32,257 nt of DNA from Candidatus Hydrogenedentota bacterium (GTDB lineage Bacteria > Hydrogenedentota > Hydrogenedentia > Hydrogenedentales > SLHB01). Where the stretch lies: NCBI GenBank assembly GCA_045863295.1, contig BTWA01000051.1, positions 1-32,257 on the forward strand, in the 5' to 3' direction. Made by a program: the position numbers and the translations under genes. This document shows, in pieces, positions 16,344 through 27,071 of the stretch. Below the pieces are notes generated by a model. The model was not told the origin of the DNA. It was given only the letters and a program-made list of their open reading frames with translations, and did not search any database. Numbering within the stretch: position 1 is the stretch's first letter; every line of letters begins with the position of its first letter.

Positions 16344-19300
16344 ATGATTATGCCAAGGGCCAGCATGCGGTTTCATTTTGGTGTGTCTCTGTTGCTTCTA
16401 TATCTGCCGGGGGCGTTTGGTCAACCCAACGTCTCGGCGACCAATCAGGATTCAATGCAAACCGACTTGGATAGCGATGGTGTGGCCGACCCGGGGGATA
16501 CAATTCGGTACAACGTGACGATCAGGAACAGTGTGACCGCCACTTCAACAACTCAGGACCCTTACACGCACGCTATCACGGCGATGGCGGGCACGCGGGT
16601 TTTACTGCCTTCCACTACGGTGGTGACGTCCGACGCCAATCCCAGTGTGTTTGGACAGTCCGTCACGCTTACGGCTGAAGTCACCGGCAGCGGCGCGACA
16701 CCCACGGGTACGGTGGAGTTCGTGATTGACGGCGGCACGGCGATTCCGGTGACGCTGGACGGCACAGGCAAGGCGACGACCTCGACGAGCAGCCTGGCGC
16801 AGGGACCGCATTCGGTTGTTGCGAATTATCTGGGCGATGCGACGTATTCGGCGGGATCGGATTCGCTGACGCAGAACGTGAGCGCGGCGTCGACGACGAT
16901 TACGATCACGGCCGATGCACCCGATCCCTCAATCGTGGGTCAGGACATCACGGTGGAGTGGGTTGTTGCAGTGGTTGCGCCGGGCGGAGGCACGCCGACG
17001 GGCACGGTGACGCTGTCTGACGGTGTAGATTCGGCGGGACCCTTCAATGTGGCCGATGCCCTGGGGGCTTTAGCCCTCACTATGACCGGCAACCGGACGA
17101 TAACCGCGACGTACACACCGGATACACCCAATTACAGTGGAGACAGCGAGACGGAATCGCATCAGGTGAATCCTGTGCCCACCAGTCTCGTGGTTGACCT
17201 TGCAACCGATGTGAACAACGGTAGCCTGGTTCCCGGCGACGTGGAGTTGCGCGAGGCAATTAACCTGATTGCCGCGGGCGGGACCATTACGTTTGCTCCG
17301 TCATTGGCAGGCCAGACGATTGTGTTGGATAACACGAACCAGGGTCCAATCTCGATCATGCGGAGCGTAACGATCGACGGGACGGGCGTGAATCCGACGG
17401 TGGATGCGGATGGTGTGGACCGTGTGTTCACGATTGAGGACGGCAATGCCGGCGAGTTTCCGGTGGAGATCGTGGCGCTCTCGCTGACGGGCGGATTCTT
17501 TGCCGGACTTGGCGGCGGCATTTTCAACAACGAGGATTTGACGCTGACGGGCGTCACGATTTTCGGGAATTCGGCCATTCAAGGCGGCGGCATTTTAAGT
17601 CTCGAAACACTGTCCATAGTGGATTCGACGATTAGGGACAATTCCGCTTCAGGACTTGCGGGCGGTATTGGCAGTGCAGGACCGCTCGTTATTCGCAATA
17701 GCACGATAAGCAGCAATACCTCGAACCAGAGCGGCGGAATCCAGACGCAGGATGTCAGCTATATCATCAATACGACAGTATCGTCGAACCGTGCAAATGC
17801 TGCCTGCGGCGGCATTTTATCCGTTATCGGCGGGCCATTGAACATCATCAATTCGACCATTACGAACAACACCGCGGATTTCGACAATAACGGATCGGGT
17901 GATGGCGGTGGACTTTACAACGCCGGTGTTACGATAAACGTGCAGAACACGCTTATCGCTGGTAATTTCGACACGCCGAACAATGCCGGCACCGGAACGA
18001 TAGAACCCGAAGTGCATGGCACGTTCGTCGGTAACAAGACAAACCTGATAGGCGATTTGACGGGCAGCACGGGTTTTGCGGCTTCAGAGGATCTGAGCAC
18101 ACTCGGCTTCACACCGGTGCAAGTACTCAGCCCGACATTACAGAACAATGGCGGGCCGACATTTACGCACGATCTCGTTCTGGACGGCCCTGCCATAGAC
18201 GGCGGTACAGATGCGTTGGCGGTGGACGAGTTGGCGAGTCCGCTGACGACGGATCAGCGCGGCACCGGATTCCCACGCATTGCGCTCACGAGCGTGGATG
18301 TGGGCGCCTTGGAGTTCCAGTGCGATCCGACGAGCATCACGCAAGATCCGACGGATGAAACGCTGTGTGAAGGCGGCGACATCACGTTTACGGCCGCGGC
18401 CAATGGCACGCCGACTCCCACTGTGCAATGGCAGGTGGATGACGGTCAAGGTGGCGGGTTCGTGGATATTGGCGGTGAGACCAACACGGATTTGATACTC
18501 ACGGGCGTCGATGCTTCCATGAACGGCTATCAGTATCAAGCCGTGTTTACGAATCCGTGCGGCACGGAAACGACCGTTCCCGCGACGTTAACGGTGAACA
18601 CGGCGCCTGTCGTCACATTGGATCCGGATGATACCGTAGGCTGTGATGGCGGCATGGTTACTTTTACAGCGCAGGCGTCTGGGTCGCCGGTTCCCACGAT
18701 TCAATGGCAGGTGGATGAAGGGGCTGGCTTTGCGGATATTCCCGGCGCTATGTCCGAGGACCTGGTTCTTAATCCGGTTTCGGTATCGATGACTGGATTC
18801 CTGTACCGTGCGGTGTTTACAAACACCTGCGGGACGGATACCAGCGCGGCTGCGATGTTGACCGTGAACCAGGCGCCGACGATTACAGAACATCCGCAGG
18901 ATGTGGAAGGCTGCCTGGGCGGCACAGTCACGTTTACATCCGCCTCAATCGGCATTCCCGCGCCTACGCCACAATGGCAGGTTGACGACGGAACAGGGTT
19001 CGCGTTTATCTCCGGTGCGTTTGGTTCTTCGTTGACGGTCGATGTAACGGCGGAAAAAGACGGCTACCGGTATCGTTGCGGCTGGGGCAATGGGTGCGGC
19101 GTGGAGTTCTCCGATCCCGCAACGTTAACCGTCACCAGCAGTCCATCGATCTCGACAACCAAGTCATCGGTGTTCTTCGGGCCGTTCCTGTCCAGCAATT
19201 TTGTGTCAGCGACCGACGGAGTATTTGGAGGGCGTGTGCACATCACTTGGTCGGCCGTTCAGGACGCGCTGGAGTATCGGGTAATCCGTGCTGAGAATCC

Positions 19301-20390
19301 CGATTTGTCGGACGCCCAAGCGGTTTCGGGCTGGATTACCGATACCTACTATGATGACTACACGGTGGAGTATCGCGAGACACAGTTCTTCATGTGCCCG
19401 AAGACGATTGTGCCGGTGCTTTATCATTACTTCGTTGTCTCCAGGAACAACTGTTTCGAGAGCAATCCAAGCTCGGCCGATAGCGGTTGGGGCATGCCAC
19501 GCCAGGCGGGTGAACATACCCAACGGGCCTTGCCTGCCGGCCAAACGCAGGATGGAAAGCAGATTGTCGACAGGAACGGCACGCTTACGGTACGCCTGAC
19601 GTCGAGCGAAGCGATTAATCCTGACAGTGTTTCGGGTATCGTGCGCGCGGATAGTCCGCTCGATATCGCTGGAGTCGTCTATTGGCCGGTTGTAGAAGGG
19701 GATTGGCGCGACGTGTGGGTATCGTACACACCGCTGGTTCCCTGGCAGTCCGGCGAAGTGATTACGTTTACCGTGGCTGCGCAGACGGTTGGCGGCCGGT
19801 ATATTGAGCCGATTGCGTATGGTTTCCAGGCGGCGGTACAGCAATCCGCCAAGAGTGGCCCTGCGTACCAGCCGGCCTATGCATCTCTGGAAGGCGAAGA
19901 GTTCGATCATTCATTGGAATCGATGGATGAAGCTGCCTTGTCGGCGCTTGTTGCAGGAAGTACTCCGTTGCTTGAAGGTGGGCACGGAGCGGCTTACTCC
20001 ATCGATCCGGCTGGGCCCTACGGGCTGACTCAGCGTGTGTGGCTGCCGGTTCCTGCTGGAGTCGACCCGCACAATGTGGGCGTCCACTATCTGTATACGG
20101 AAAGCGGTTCAATGCAATGGGTGCTGGGCCAGGACATGCACCATTGGCTGATGCCCGGCAGCGAACGGCTTGTTGTGCAGAACGGAGTTGCTTACTACGG
20201 ATTCCTGGTGATGCACGGCGGTATCGTGCAGTTGGGCGATGCGGATCCGGAATCGTTTACGCCCATGGCATCCGGAGTAGTGCGTCCCGCGGATCAGCGG
20301 AGCGCTGTTGTGGAATTCCTGTTTGTTATCTGTGCGGCTGTGATCGCCTGGCGCGCCGCCCGGCGTGGCACGCTGCGGGATTATGCATAG
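16344..20390 (+). CDS. Large secreted/surface protein: two Big_3-like Ig domains, beta-helix/choice-of-anchor Q region, three Ig repeats, FN3-like domain, C-terminal TM anchor
   Basis: Signal peptide; NPSVFGQSVTLTA...PTGTVEF; LREAI...GGGI repeats...LQNNGGPT.TH.L...PAIDGG...TDQRG..R....VDVGALE; QWQVD...AVFTN.CG repeats; VSATDG...ITWSAV..A.EYRV; hydrophobic helix plus RAARR tail. Start 16344/16350/16365 uncertain. Confidence 0.82.
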   Translation: MIMPRASMRFHFGVSLLLLYLPGAFGQPNVSATNQDSMQTDLDSDGVADPGDTIRYNVTIRNSVTATSTTQDPYTHAITAMAGTRVLLPSTTVVTSDANPSVFGQSVTLTAEVTGSGATPTGTVEFVIDGGTAIPVTLDGTGKATTSTSSLAQGPHSVVANYLGDATYSAGSDSLTQNVSAASTTITITADAPDPSIVGQDITVEWVVAVVAPGGGTPTGTVTLSDGVDSAGPFNVADALGALALTMTGNRTITATYTPDTPNYSGDSETESHQVNPVPTSLVVDLATDVNNGSLVPGDVELREAINLIAAGGTITFAPSLAGQTIVLDNTNQGPISIMRSVTIDGTGVNPTVDADGVDRVFTIEDGNAGEFPVEIVALSLTGGFFAGLGGGIFNNEDLTLTGVTIFGNSAIQGGGILSLETLSIVDSTIRDNSASGLAGGIGSAGPLVIRNSTISSNTSNQSGGIQTQDVSYIINTTVSSNRANAACGGILSVIGGPLNIINSTITNNTADFDNNGSGDGGGLYNAGVTINVQNTLIAGNFDTPNNAGTGTIEPEVHGTFVGNKTNLIGDLTGSTGFAASEDLSTLGFTPVQVLSPTLQNNGGPTFTHDLVLDGPAIDGGTDALAVDELASPLTTDQRGTGFPRIALTSVDVGALEFQCDPTSITQDPTDETLCEGGDITFTAAANGTPTPTVQWQVDDGQGGGFVDIGGETNTDLILTGVDASMNGYQYQAVFTNPCGTETTVPATLTVNTAPVVTLDPDDTVGCDGGMVTFTAQASGSPVPTIQWQVDEGAGFADIPGAMSEDLVLNPVSVSMTGFLYRAVFTNTCGTDTSAAAMLTVNQAPTITEHPQDVEGCLGGTVTFTSASIGIPAPTPQWQVDDGTGFAFISGAFGSSLTVDVTAEKDGYRYRCGWGNGCGVEFSDPATLTVTSSPSISTTKSSVFFGPFLSSNFVSATDGVFGGRVHITWSAVQDALEYRVIRAENPDLSDAQAVSGWITDTYYDDYTVEYRETQFFMCPKTIVPVLYHYFVVSRNNCFESNPSSADSGWGMPRQAGEHTQRALPAGQTQDGKQIVDRNGTLTVRLTSSEAINPDSVSGIVRADSPLDIAGVVYWPVVEGDWRDVWVSYTPLVPWQSGEVITFTVAAQTVGGRYIEPIAYGFQAAVQQSAKSGPAYQPAYASLEGEEFDHSLESMDEAALSALVAGSTPLLEGGHGAAYSIDPAGPYGLTQRVWLPVPAGVDPHNVGVHYLYTESGSMQWVLGQDMHHWLMPGSERLVVQNGVAYYGFLVMHGGIVQLGDADPESFTPMASGVVRPADQRSAVVEFLFVICAAVIAWRAARRGTLRDYA
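18321..19140 (+). repeat. Three tandem ~90-aa immunoglobulin-domain repeats inside the surface protein
   Basis: Repeated P.D...C.GG..TFT....G.P.PT.QWQVD.G.GF..I.G...L...GY.Y...N.CG.....A.LTV; boundaries approximate. Confidence 0.8.
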
Positions 20391-20449
20391 AGACGTGTTC
20401 GTGTGCCAACCCAGTATTTCGGCGGGGCAAACACGAGAAGACTAAGGAC

Positions 20450-20490
20450 AAGGCCGGCCTGAAATCACTTTGTGAGAACTGGCCGGTCTT
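20450..20490. terminator. Hairpin between convergent genes, possible terminator
   Basis: AAGGCCGGCC...GGCCGGTCTT arms with an inner TCAC-ttt-GTGA stem. Confidence 0.45.
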
Positions 20491-20536
20491 TCACTTGTCT
20501 AATCCTATCTTGGAAAAGCATTGGTACCTTTTGCCG

Positions 20537-22447
20537 TCATGAGCTTGATCGATGCAACAGCAAGAACCCGTCTGGTCGGGCGGGAGGCCATGGGATTTTT
20601 AGAAGTTCGCCCTCGATTGTCATGACGATGGCCTTTGCTTCTGCATGACCTTCGATGCGGCCAAACCAGTCAAGGTGAATTCGTGAATCGGCATGCCGCC
20701 AGCGGTGTGCGTCCGCCACGGGCTGGCCGTCTGGCAATGTGACAACAACGCTACGATCCTTCTTGAATTCAATGGCCGTGAATGGCAAATCAGGATCGGG
20801 CGACGTATTTCCGTTCCCATCCACTTTCGAGTCCACGTTCCATTTTCCCATGACCATGGATGCTTCGCGCCAATAGGCTTGAGGTCCAAAACGCAGCCGA
20901 TGCCCGCTCACGGGAGCTTCCTGCATTTCCATGCTGGCGAAAGAAACTCCAAGGAGTATGAACGGCGATACTCCCCATAGCGCGTAGTGACCCAACCCCA
21001 GCCGCCACCTGGGGTCGTCTGGTGTGGCAGTTGCGTTTGATGGAATCTGCGCGGCTGAGGCGTTGCGGCCGTGTGCCAGTAACATGGCGGTTGCCACAAT
21101 GGAAGCACCGATGAATGTCATGTCGACTATCGGATGATTCTCCTGTCGAGCCCCCGGCAAATGTTGTACGAATCCTCCAATGGCGGGCAGCCAAAGCAGG
21201 AAGATCATGATCATTGTACCCTTGCCGTACGCAGACAGAGGCGCGATGGTCAATTCATTCCGGCAATGCAGGTAGATGGTATATACCCCGAGCATGGAGA
21301 GCAGGACACCGCCGACGACATACCACATCCACGGAGGCATGCCCATCACGGGGTCTGGCGCGATCGCGTTGTACCGTTCAATCCATGCCATTGGCGCCCG
21401 GCGCAGGTTGATCCACATGAGCGCGACCAGGACGACAAAGACAGCAAATGAGTCCAGCCATTTCCTGTCCGAATCCTCGGCAGGCGGCTTTAATCCTCCT
21501 TTCGCAAATTGCAGAATCCCCAATGCAATGGCCAATCCCATGAAGAGTCCGAAGCTTTCCTCGGCGATTTTCCATTGCAACATGCCGCCCATGGGTGCGA
21601 AGGGACCCCATTCCACCCGGACTGGGTGTCTTACGAAAACAGCGAGGGAAAAGGCGAGACCGCCTCCGAGGACCCCGTACAAACAGAGCATCAAGGCTGC
21701 TCTATTCCGAGATTGGACGAGGTAGGCGATGAGCACTGCGAGCATACCTACTACACCGCCCCAGCTTTCGCTGCGATACGGAGGAGCCAAGCTTATGCCA
21801 CCGAACTTGGTGAAACCGAGGTAGCCAATCCACCAGCCCGCCGCGCATGCTGCAAACAGCAGCGATTCCTTGCGGGCGGCGGGCCTGATGATTGCATACG
21901 CGAAGCAAACAAGCAATGCCGTCAGTGCCGCAAACCAATCCCCGTCGTGAAAATGTTCCGCGGTAAATCGGGCAAACGAATCGCTGGTCTCGTGGTCGAA
22001 AAAGAGGTAGAAGTAGGTCAGCAGATAGGCTGTGGAGAGGGCGACAAGTGGTTCTGTCAGTCGATGCAATGCCGATCGGGGCAGCGTAAAGGCTAATCCA
22101 AGAACCGCTCCGCCAATTCCGGCCCAAAGTCCGCCCATGAGAAAGAGCACGGCGTATCCATAGAACACGTCGGGCAGGGAGTCGCTGACGGTGTACATGG
22201 TTTGTTCCATGTAGCTCATGGAACCGCCCCATGCCCACCCTACAGCGCCGCACAATCCGGCGACGGCGGAGCGGCGATACCAATCGAGCCGGCCCGATCC
22301 CAGGCATACAGCCATTCCCAGCATGGCGCCGGGTATCATCGCTCCGCCTTCGTGGCCGGTTACGCCGCGGTATCCCCAGCCGTAGGCCATGACAATTCCT
22401 GCCAGCGCACATACGAAGACGCCGTTTACTGCTTGATTCGATTTCAT
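20537..22447 (-). CDS. Glycine-rich polytopic membrane protein of unknown function with a small C-terminal soluble domain
   Basis: Numerous Gly-rich TM segments (GWGYRGVTGHEGGAMIPGA, GGSMSY, WKIAEESFGLFMG); GGGGAGG RBS before ATG 22447. Confidence 0.75.
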   Translation of the reverse strand: MKSNQAVNGVFVCALAGIVMAYGWGYRGVTGHEGGAMIPGAMLGMAVCLGSGRLDWYRRSAVAGLCGAVGWAWGGSMSYMEQTMYTVSDSLPDVFYGYAVLFLMGGLWAGIGGAVLGLAFTLPRSALHRLTEPLVALSTAYLLTYFYLFFDHETSDSFARFTAEHFHDGDWFAALTALLVCFAYAIIRPAARKESLLFAACAAGWWIGYLGFTKFGGISLAPPYRSESWGGVVGMLAVLIAYLVQSRNRAALMLCLYGVLGGGLAFSLAVFVRHPVRVEWGPFAPMGGMLQWKIAEESFGLFMGLAIALGILQFAKGGLKPPAEDSDRKWLDSFAVFVVLVALMWINLRRAPMAWIERYNAIAPDPVMGMPPWMWYVVGGVLLSMLGVYTIYLHCRNELTIAPLSAYGKGTMIMIFLLWLPAIGGFVQHLPGARQENHPIVDMTFIGASIVATAMLLAHGRNASAAQIPSNATATPDDPRWRLGLGHYALWGVSPFILLGVSFASMEMQEAPVSGHRLRFGPQAYWREASMVMGKWNVDSKVDGNGNTSPDPDLPFTAIEFKKDRSVVVTLPDGQPVADAHRWRHADSRIHLDWFGRIEGHAEAKAIVMTIEGELLKIPWPPARPDGFLLLHRSSS

Positions 22448-22535
22448 GGCGGCCTCCCCCCAATCCAGTAGGAGAGAATGCGTAAACCGGCACGCGATTG
22501 CAAACTTGCTGCTGCTTGATAACGAGTTGACGGTG

Positions 22536-23963
22536 CTAGCTGATGAGGATTTCCCGTATGACCCGTCCATGTACGTCCGTCAATCGCCGATCGATTCCGT
22601 TATTACGAATTGTAAGCCGCTCGTGATCAATGCCCAATTGATGCAACACGGTTGCATGCAAGTCGTAGCAATAGACGGGATTTTCAGCCGCCTTGTATGA
22701 CCATACGTCGCTGGCGCCGTAGGTGGTACCGCCCTTGAACCCGCCGCCTGCCACCCAGGAAGTGAACGTAAATGGATTGTGATCTCGGCCGGCGCCGCCT
22801 TGACTGCACGGCATGCGGCCAAACTCCGTCGTCCAAATGACGATGGTATCGTCCAGCATTCCGCGTACTTTCAAATCGGTGAGCAGTGCCGCGGCGGGTT
22901 TGTCCATACTGGCGGCCATTTCGCCGTGGTCTTTTTTGAGATTTTCGTGCGAATCCCAGTTTCGGCGTGGGTGCGCATTGTCGGCCCCGCTCCACACCTG
23001 CACGAAGCGGACACCACGCTCAACGAGCCTACGCGCAACGAGGCAATTTCGTCCAAAGTCTTCGGTAATGGGGTTGTCAAGCCCGTACAGCTTTTGGGTC
23101 AATTCCGATTCTCCGCGCAGGTCCAAGACGTCGGGTGCGCTCAATTGCAGTTTTGCTGCAAGCTCGTAACTGGCTATCCGCGCGTCCAGCCGGCTGTCGC
23201 CCTCTCGATCTACTTGATGCATTCGATTCAAATCCCGGAGCGCGTTTAGTGCATCCACATCGCCTTCTTTGGTTACAAACGTGGAGGGGGGAGGATACAA
23301 ATCGGCAATTGGATTCTCCGCACCCGGCTTTATCAACGTGCCCTGAAATGAAGAGGGTAAGAAGCCGCTGGACCAGTTCTTGGGACCATTGGGTGGAAAG
23401 CCTCGGGCGTCGGGCAATACCACGAATGTGGGTAGTGTGTCGTTTTCACTGCCTAGTCCATAGCTGACCCATGCGCCGGCGCTGGGAAAGCCGGGCAAGA
23501 CAAACCCGGTGTTTTGCATGAAAGTGGCCGGCCCGTGCACGTTGGACTTCGACACCATGGAATGGATGAATGCGATGTCGTCCACACACGAAGCGATGTG
23601 CGGCACCAGATCGGAAATCCATTTTCCGCATTGGCCGCGCTGTTTCCAGTCCCATGGGCAGGGCATAATCGCTTCCGCATTGCTTTGGAACAGTTCCACT
23701 TTTTCACCGGGATCAAATTGCTGGCCGGCCCGTTTGATTAATTCCGGTTTGTAATCGAACGTATCTACCTGGCTGGCGGCGCCAGACATGAAAAGCTGTA
23801 TTACCCGCTTCGCACGAGGCGTGTGATGAAGACCGTTGGGGAGGCCAGCGCCGAAGCCGTCGGCCATGGCGGTGGGGAGGAGGCCGTCGCGCCCCAACAA
23901 CTGAGCCAGCGCGACCCCGCCCAGGCCGCCACCAAGATTCCATAGGAATTGCCTTCTATTCAT
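22536..23963 (-). CDS. DUF1501 domain protein (Tat-exported, sulfatase-like fold)
   Basis: MNRRQFL Tat signal, AKRVIQLFMSGAASQVDTFDYKP, WDSH, TEFGRMP, GRDHNP, DLHATVLH.LGIDHERLT...RLTDVHG. Confidence 0.93.
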   Translation of the reverse strand: MNRRQFLWNLGGGLGGVALAQLLGRDGLLPTAMADGFGAGLPNGLHHTPRAKRVIQLFMSGAASQVDTFDYKPELIKRAGQQFDPGEKVELFQSNAEAIMPCPWDWKQRGQCGKWISDLVPHIASCVDDIAFIHSMVSKSNVHGPATFMQNTGFVLPGFPSAGAWVSYGLGSENDTLPTFVVLPDARGFPPNGPKNWSSGFLPSSFQGTLIKPGAENPIADLYPPPSTFVTKEGDVDALNALRDLNRMHQVDREGDSRLDARIASYELAAKLQLSAPDVLDLRGESELTQKLYGLDNPITEDFGRNCLVARRLVERGVRFVQVWSGADNAHPRRNWDSHENLKKDHGEMAASMDKPAAALLTDLKVRGMLDDTIVIWTTEFGRMPCSQGGAGRDHNPFTFTSWVAGGGFKGGTTYGASDVWSYKAAENPVYCYDLHATVLHQLGIDHERLTIRNNGIDRRLTDVHGRVIREILIS

Positions 23964-23988
23964 ATCGAATCCATTTTTTCATTTGCCT

Positions 23989-26967
23989 CTAATCCACAAA
24001 CATGAATTCGTTTATATTGAACAACACTCGACTCACGTAAGGCCAGCCGTGCTTTTTGGCCAAGCTCTGCATAATTGCACCTTCTTCATCCGTTGCATCT
24101 CTACAAAAGGCGAATTTATACATTGCGTTAATGCGTGCGGCCGGGTCACTACTCCACGGTTCGGTGCGATCGGCCAAATGTTCGGCCATGCGTACCACGA
24201 AGGGGTTGTTCATTACTGCCAAAGCCTGCAAGGCCGTAATGGTGTGGTTGCGTACGGGCACACTTTGAGATGGATCCGCGCAATCCAAGGTGTCCATCAA
24301 TGGATCAGGTACGCTGCGCACCACGAACCGGTACACGGTGCGCCGGAATGATGCTGGGTCGTCTACATTGTGTTCGGTGTATTTGTAACGCGGGGAGTGG
24401 TCGTCTTCAAAACCGAACAAATCGAATCCTGGACCTCCCATCGTCCGATCAAGTTTACCACTAACGAGAAGAACCGCGTCTCGGAATGACTCCGCATCGA
24501 CGGACTTCCTGTTCATTCTCCACAGGAATCGATTTTCCGAGTCCACGTCGGCGCATTCGTCGCGAAATGTGGACGTTTGTCTGTACGTTGCGCTGTTTAC
24601 CAGGAGTCGATGCAGTTCCTTTAAGGACTGATTGCCATCTCTAAAAGTAGCCGCGAGCCAGTCTATCAATTCGGGATGGGTTGGTTCGCTTCCCATGCGG
24701 CCAAAATCGTTGGGTGTGTCTACAATGCCCTTGCCAAAGTGGTAGCCCCAAACGCGGTTCACAATCGAGCGCCATGTCAGCGGATTTTTCCGGTCGGTCA
24801 ACCAGTGAGCCAGTGCGAGCCGGCGTTGCCCTTCGTCCGATATGTCGAGATTGGCGAAGTGCTTGTCAAGCTCGTGAAAGTAACCGACGGCTCCGGGTTG
24901 CGCGGGCGCGATTGGCTGAGCCAAGTCGCCTCGCCGAAGGATATCAATACTCCGCGAGAGTGACGGGGGTGTAAACGAACCTTCGGGCGAAAATGAATTT
25001 GTAGCGGCGTAAACAAAGTCGGGGGATGGGAGCGCGGCGAGCTTTGCTTTGGCGTCCTGGATATCTAAGGCATTCTTCTTGATTTCCTGGGCCATGGCAG
25101 GAGTAAGCATGGATTCGACCAGCGTGTCCCGCACCAACCGTTTTGCAGCGACCTCCTCCTTCAATTTGTCGCGAGCGCTGTCATTTTCAGCCAATTTTAC
25201 GCGCCTGTTGCGGCTGGTGTATCCGTCGACCAGGTAGCGAGCGGCCCATCGACCGGATTCGATGCTGTCAAACGCGACTACTTCTTTTCCGAGGGCACGA
25301 TTCACCCCATCCTTGTTCAGTTCCACTTCGGCCAACGCAAAAACATAATCGTTATTTCTCGGCCAGAGTTTTGTCGCGGTAACTCGGAGATATCGAAATG
25401 GAGTGCCGGAAACATTGATTATGGTATGTTCGTCACCGGGATTGGGTATATCCGCAGTGGATTCATCCAATATACATACCGGCATGGAGAAATCGGGTTC
25501 GTTGGCCACAGTTACGCAAAATCGAGCGGGAAAACCAAACCCCGGCGTATCGGCAAAATCCGTGGGGCGTGCCGGGATAATTTTTACTTCGTCGATTGAT
25601 TCGACGCTTCCCAGATCAATCTGAACCCATTTTGTGGTATCGGCCGTCGTAGCGACAGCGCTGTGATAGCCGTTGCTAGGGGAGTCGTTGCCTCTTTCGA
25701 GTGTACGCAGCGCATCTTCGCTTTTCGCCAGTTCCTGGCGAGCCTTATCCAGCTCTGGGGATGTGAGGGCATCGACAATGTGGGACAACTCCTTTGAGCG
25801 GTGATCAAGTCGAGCTAACCTACGAGTCTGTTCGTGGCGGACACGGCCGGCTTCCCTATCCTGATCGTATGCGCGATTGGCGCGTTCAACTCCGGCAAAG
25901 ACTGCTTGCAGACCGTAGTAATCGCGTTGATCCACTGGGTCGAACTTGTGATCGTGGCACCGGGCACATTGCACAGTCGTGCTGGTGAACACATTCATGG
26001 TAGTTGCAACCATGTCGTCCCGGTCGAGTAGCCGTGTGAGGTTCTTGTCCACCGTGCCTTCGCGCAGTTCAACGTGTCCGACAAAATCCCAAGGTCCGGC
26101 AGCAATGAACCCAAGTGCGACGGCGCCGTCGGGATCTCCAGGGTCTATCATATCCCCGGCGATTTGTTGTGCCACAAACTTGGAATACGAGATGTCGTTG
26201 TTGAGCGAGCGTATGACATAGTCTCGGTAAGGCCAGGCGTTCGGGCGTCTCTTATCCTTGTCGTAACCATGGGTATCCGCATAATGCGCAATATCCAACC
26301 AGTGACGGCCCCAGCGTTCGCCATAGTGTGGCGACGCCAGCAAGTTGTCCGCCAATTTTTCGTACGCGGCCGGATCGGGGTCGTTGATAAACGCGTTCAT
26401 TTCTTCGGGTGTCGGGGGTAGGCCAATCAGATCGAAGTACAGGCGTCTCGCAAGGGTCCGCCGGTCAGCTTCCGGGGAAGGCGACAGCCCGTTTGATTCC
26501 AGTTTGGCGAGGACAAACAAGTCGACCGGGTTACGAGCCCAATCCTCCATCGATACTGTGGGTGGTTCCGGCAATACGATGGGGCGAAGTGACCAATGCG
26601 GCGTCCATTGTGCGCCTTCGTCAATCCACCTGCCAATCAGGTTGACCTGTTCAGATGTAAGGGATTTCTTTGATGCAGGCGGCGGCATTTGATTCTCGGC
26701 ATTGGCGGAGGCGATCCGGCGATAGACTTCGCTCGACTCTTTTTGTCCGGGCCAAAGGGGCACCATACCCGACGCCGCCGGTTCGAACGCCGTTTCCATC
26801 AAGTCGAAACGCAGCCCTCCCTTGCGCTTGTCTCCGTCGGGACCATGACATGTGAAGCACACGGACGAGAGTATGGGCTGGATGTCCCGGGCGTAGTTGA
26901 CGGGATCGTCGGCTATTCCAACGCACGCGAAGACAACGTGGACGACTAACTGTTCGCCCAACAGCAT
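23989..26967 (-). CDS. Planctomycete-type cytochrome c (PSCyt1) / DUF1549 / DUF1553 protein with an inserted discoidin (F5/8)-like domain
   Basis: DIQPILS..CFTCHGPD, RRLYFDLIGLPPT, YGERWGRHWLD, CARCHDHKFDP, NRVW..HFG.GIV.TPNDFG...PTHPEL, WVQIDLG. Start uncertain (26967 or 27000). Confidence 0.92.
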   Translation of the reverse strand: MLLGEQLVVHVVFACVGIADDPVNYARDIQPILSSVCFTCHGPDGDKRKGGLRFDLMETAFEPAASGMVPLWPGQKESSEVYRRIASANAENQMPPPASKKSLTSEQVNLIGRWIDEGAQWTPHWSLRPIVLPEPPTVSMEDWARNPVDLFVLAKLESNGLSPSPEADRRTLARRLYFDLIGLPPTPEEMNAFINDPDPAAYEKLADNLLASPHYGERWGRHWLDIAHYADTHGYDKDKRRPNAWPYRDYVIRSLNNDISYSKFVAQQIAGDMIDPGDPDGAVALGFIAAGPWDFVGHVELREGTVDKNLTRLLDRDDMVATTMNVFTSTTVQCARCHDHKFDPVDQRDYYGLQAVFAGVERANRAYDQDREAGRVRHEQTRRLARLDHRSKELSHIVDALTSPELDKARQELAKSEDALRTLERGNDSPSNGYHSAVATTADTTKWVQIDLGSVESIDEVKIIPARPTDFADTPGFGFPARFCVTVANEPDFSMPVCILDESTADIPNPGDEHTIINVSGTPFRYLRVTATKLWPRNNDYVFALAEVELNKDGVNRALGKEVVAFDSIESGRWAARYLVDGYTSRNRRVKLAENDSARDKLKEEVAAKRLVRDTLVESMLTPAMAQEIKKNALDIQDAKAKLAALPSPDFVYAATNSFSPEGSFTPPSLSRSIDILRRGDLAQPIAPAQPGAVGYFHELDKHFANLDISDEGQRRLALAHWLTDRKNPLTWRSIVNRVWGYHFGKGIVDTPNDFGRMGSEPTHPELIDWLAATFRDGNQSLKELHRLLVNSATYRQTSTFRDECADVDSENRFLWRMNRKSVDAESFRDAVLLVSGKLDRTMGGPGFDLFGFEDDHSPRYKYTEHNVDDPASFRRTVYRFVVRSVPDPLMDTLDCADPSQSVPVRNHTITALQALAVMNNPFVVRMAEHLADRTEPWSSDPAARINAMYKFAFCRDATDEEGAIMQSLAKKHGWPYVSRVLFNINEFMFVD

Positions 26968-27071
26968 GATGGAACTGGTTCTACTTTGCCTGCAAAACAT
27001 GATATCCGACTGCCTTTCAAGCCACAAAAACTGCCTGCCAGTTTCCGGATTCTTCGCGAAAGGCGAGAGCG

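Noticed and set aside
21702..22493. 263-aa Arg-rich alternative-frame ORF
   Set aside because: Off-frame overlap with the membrane protein gene; composition typical of non-coding frames.
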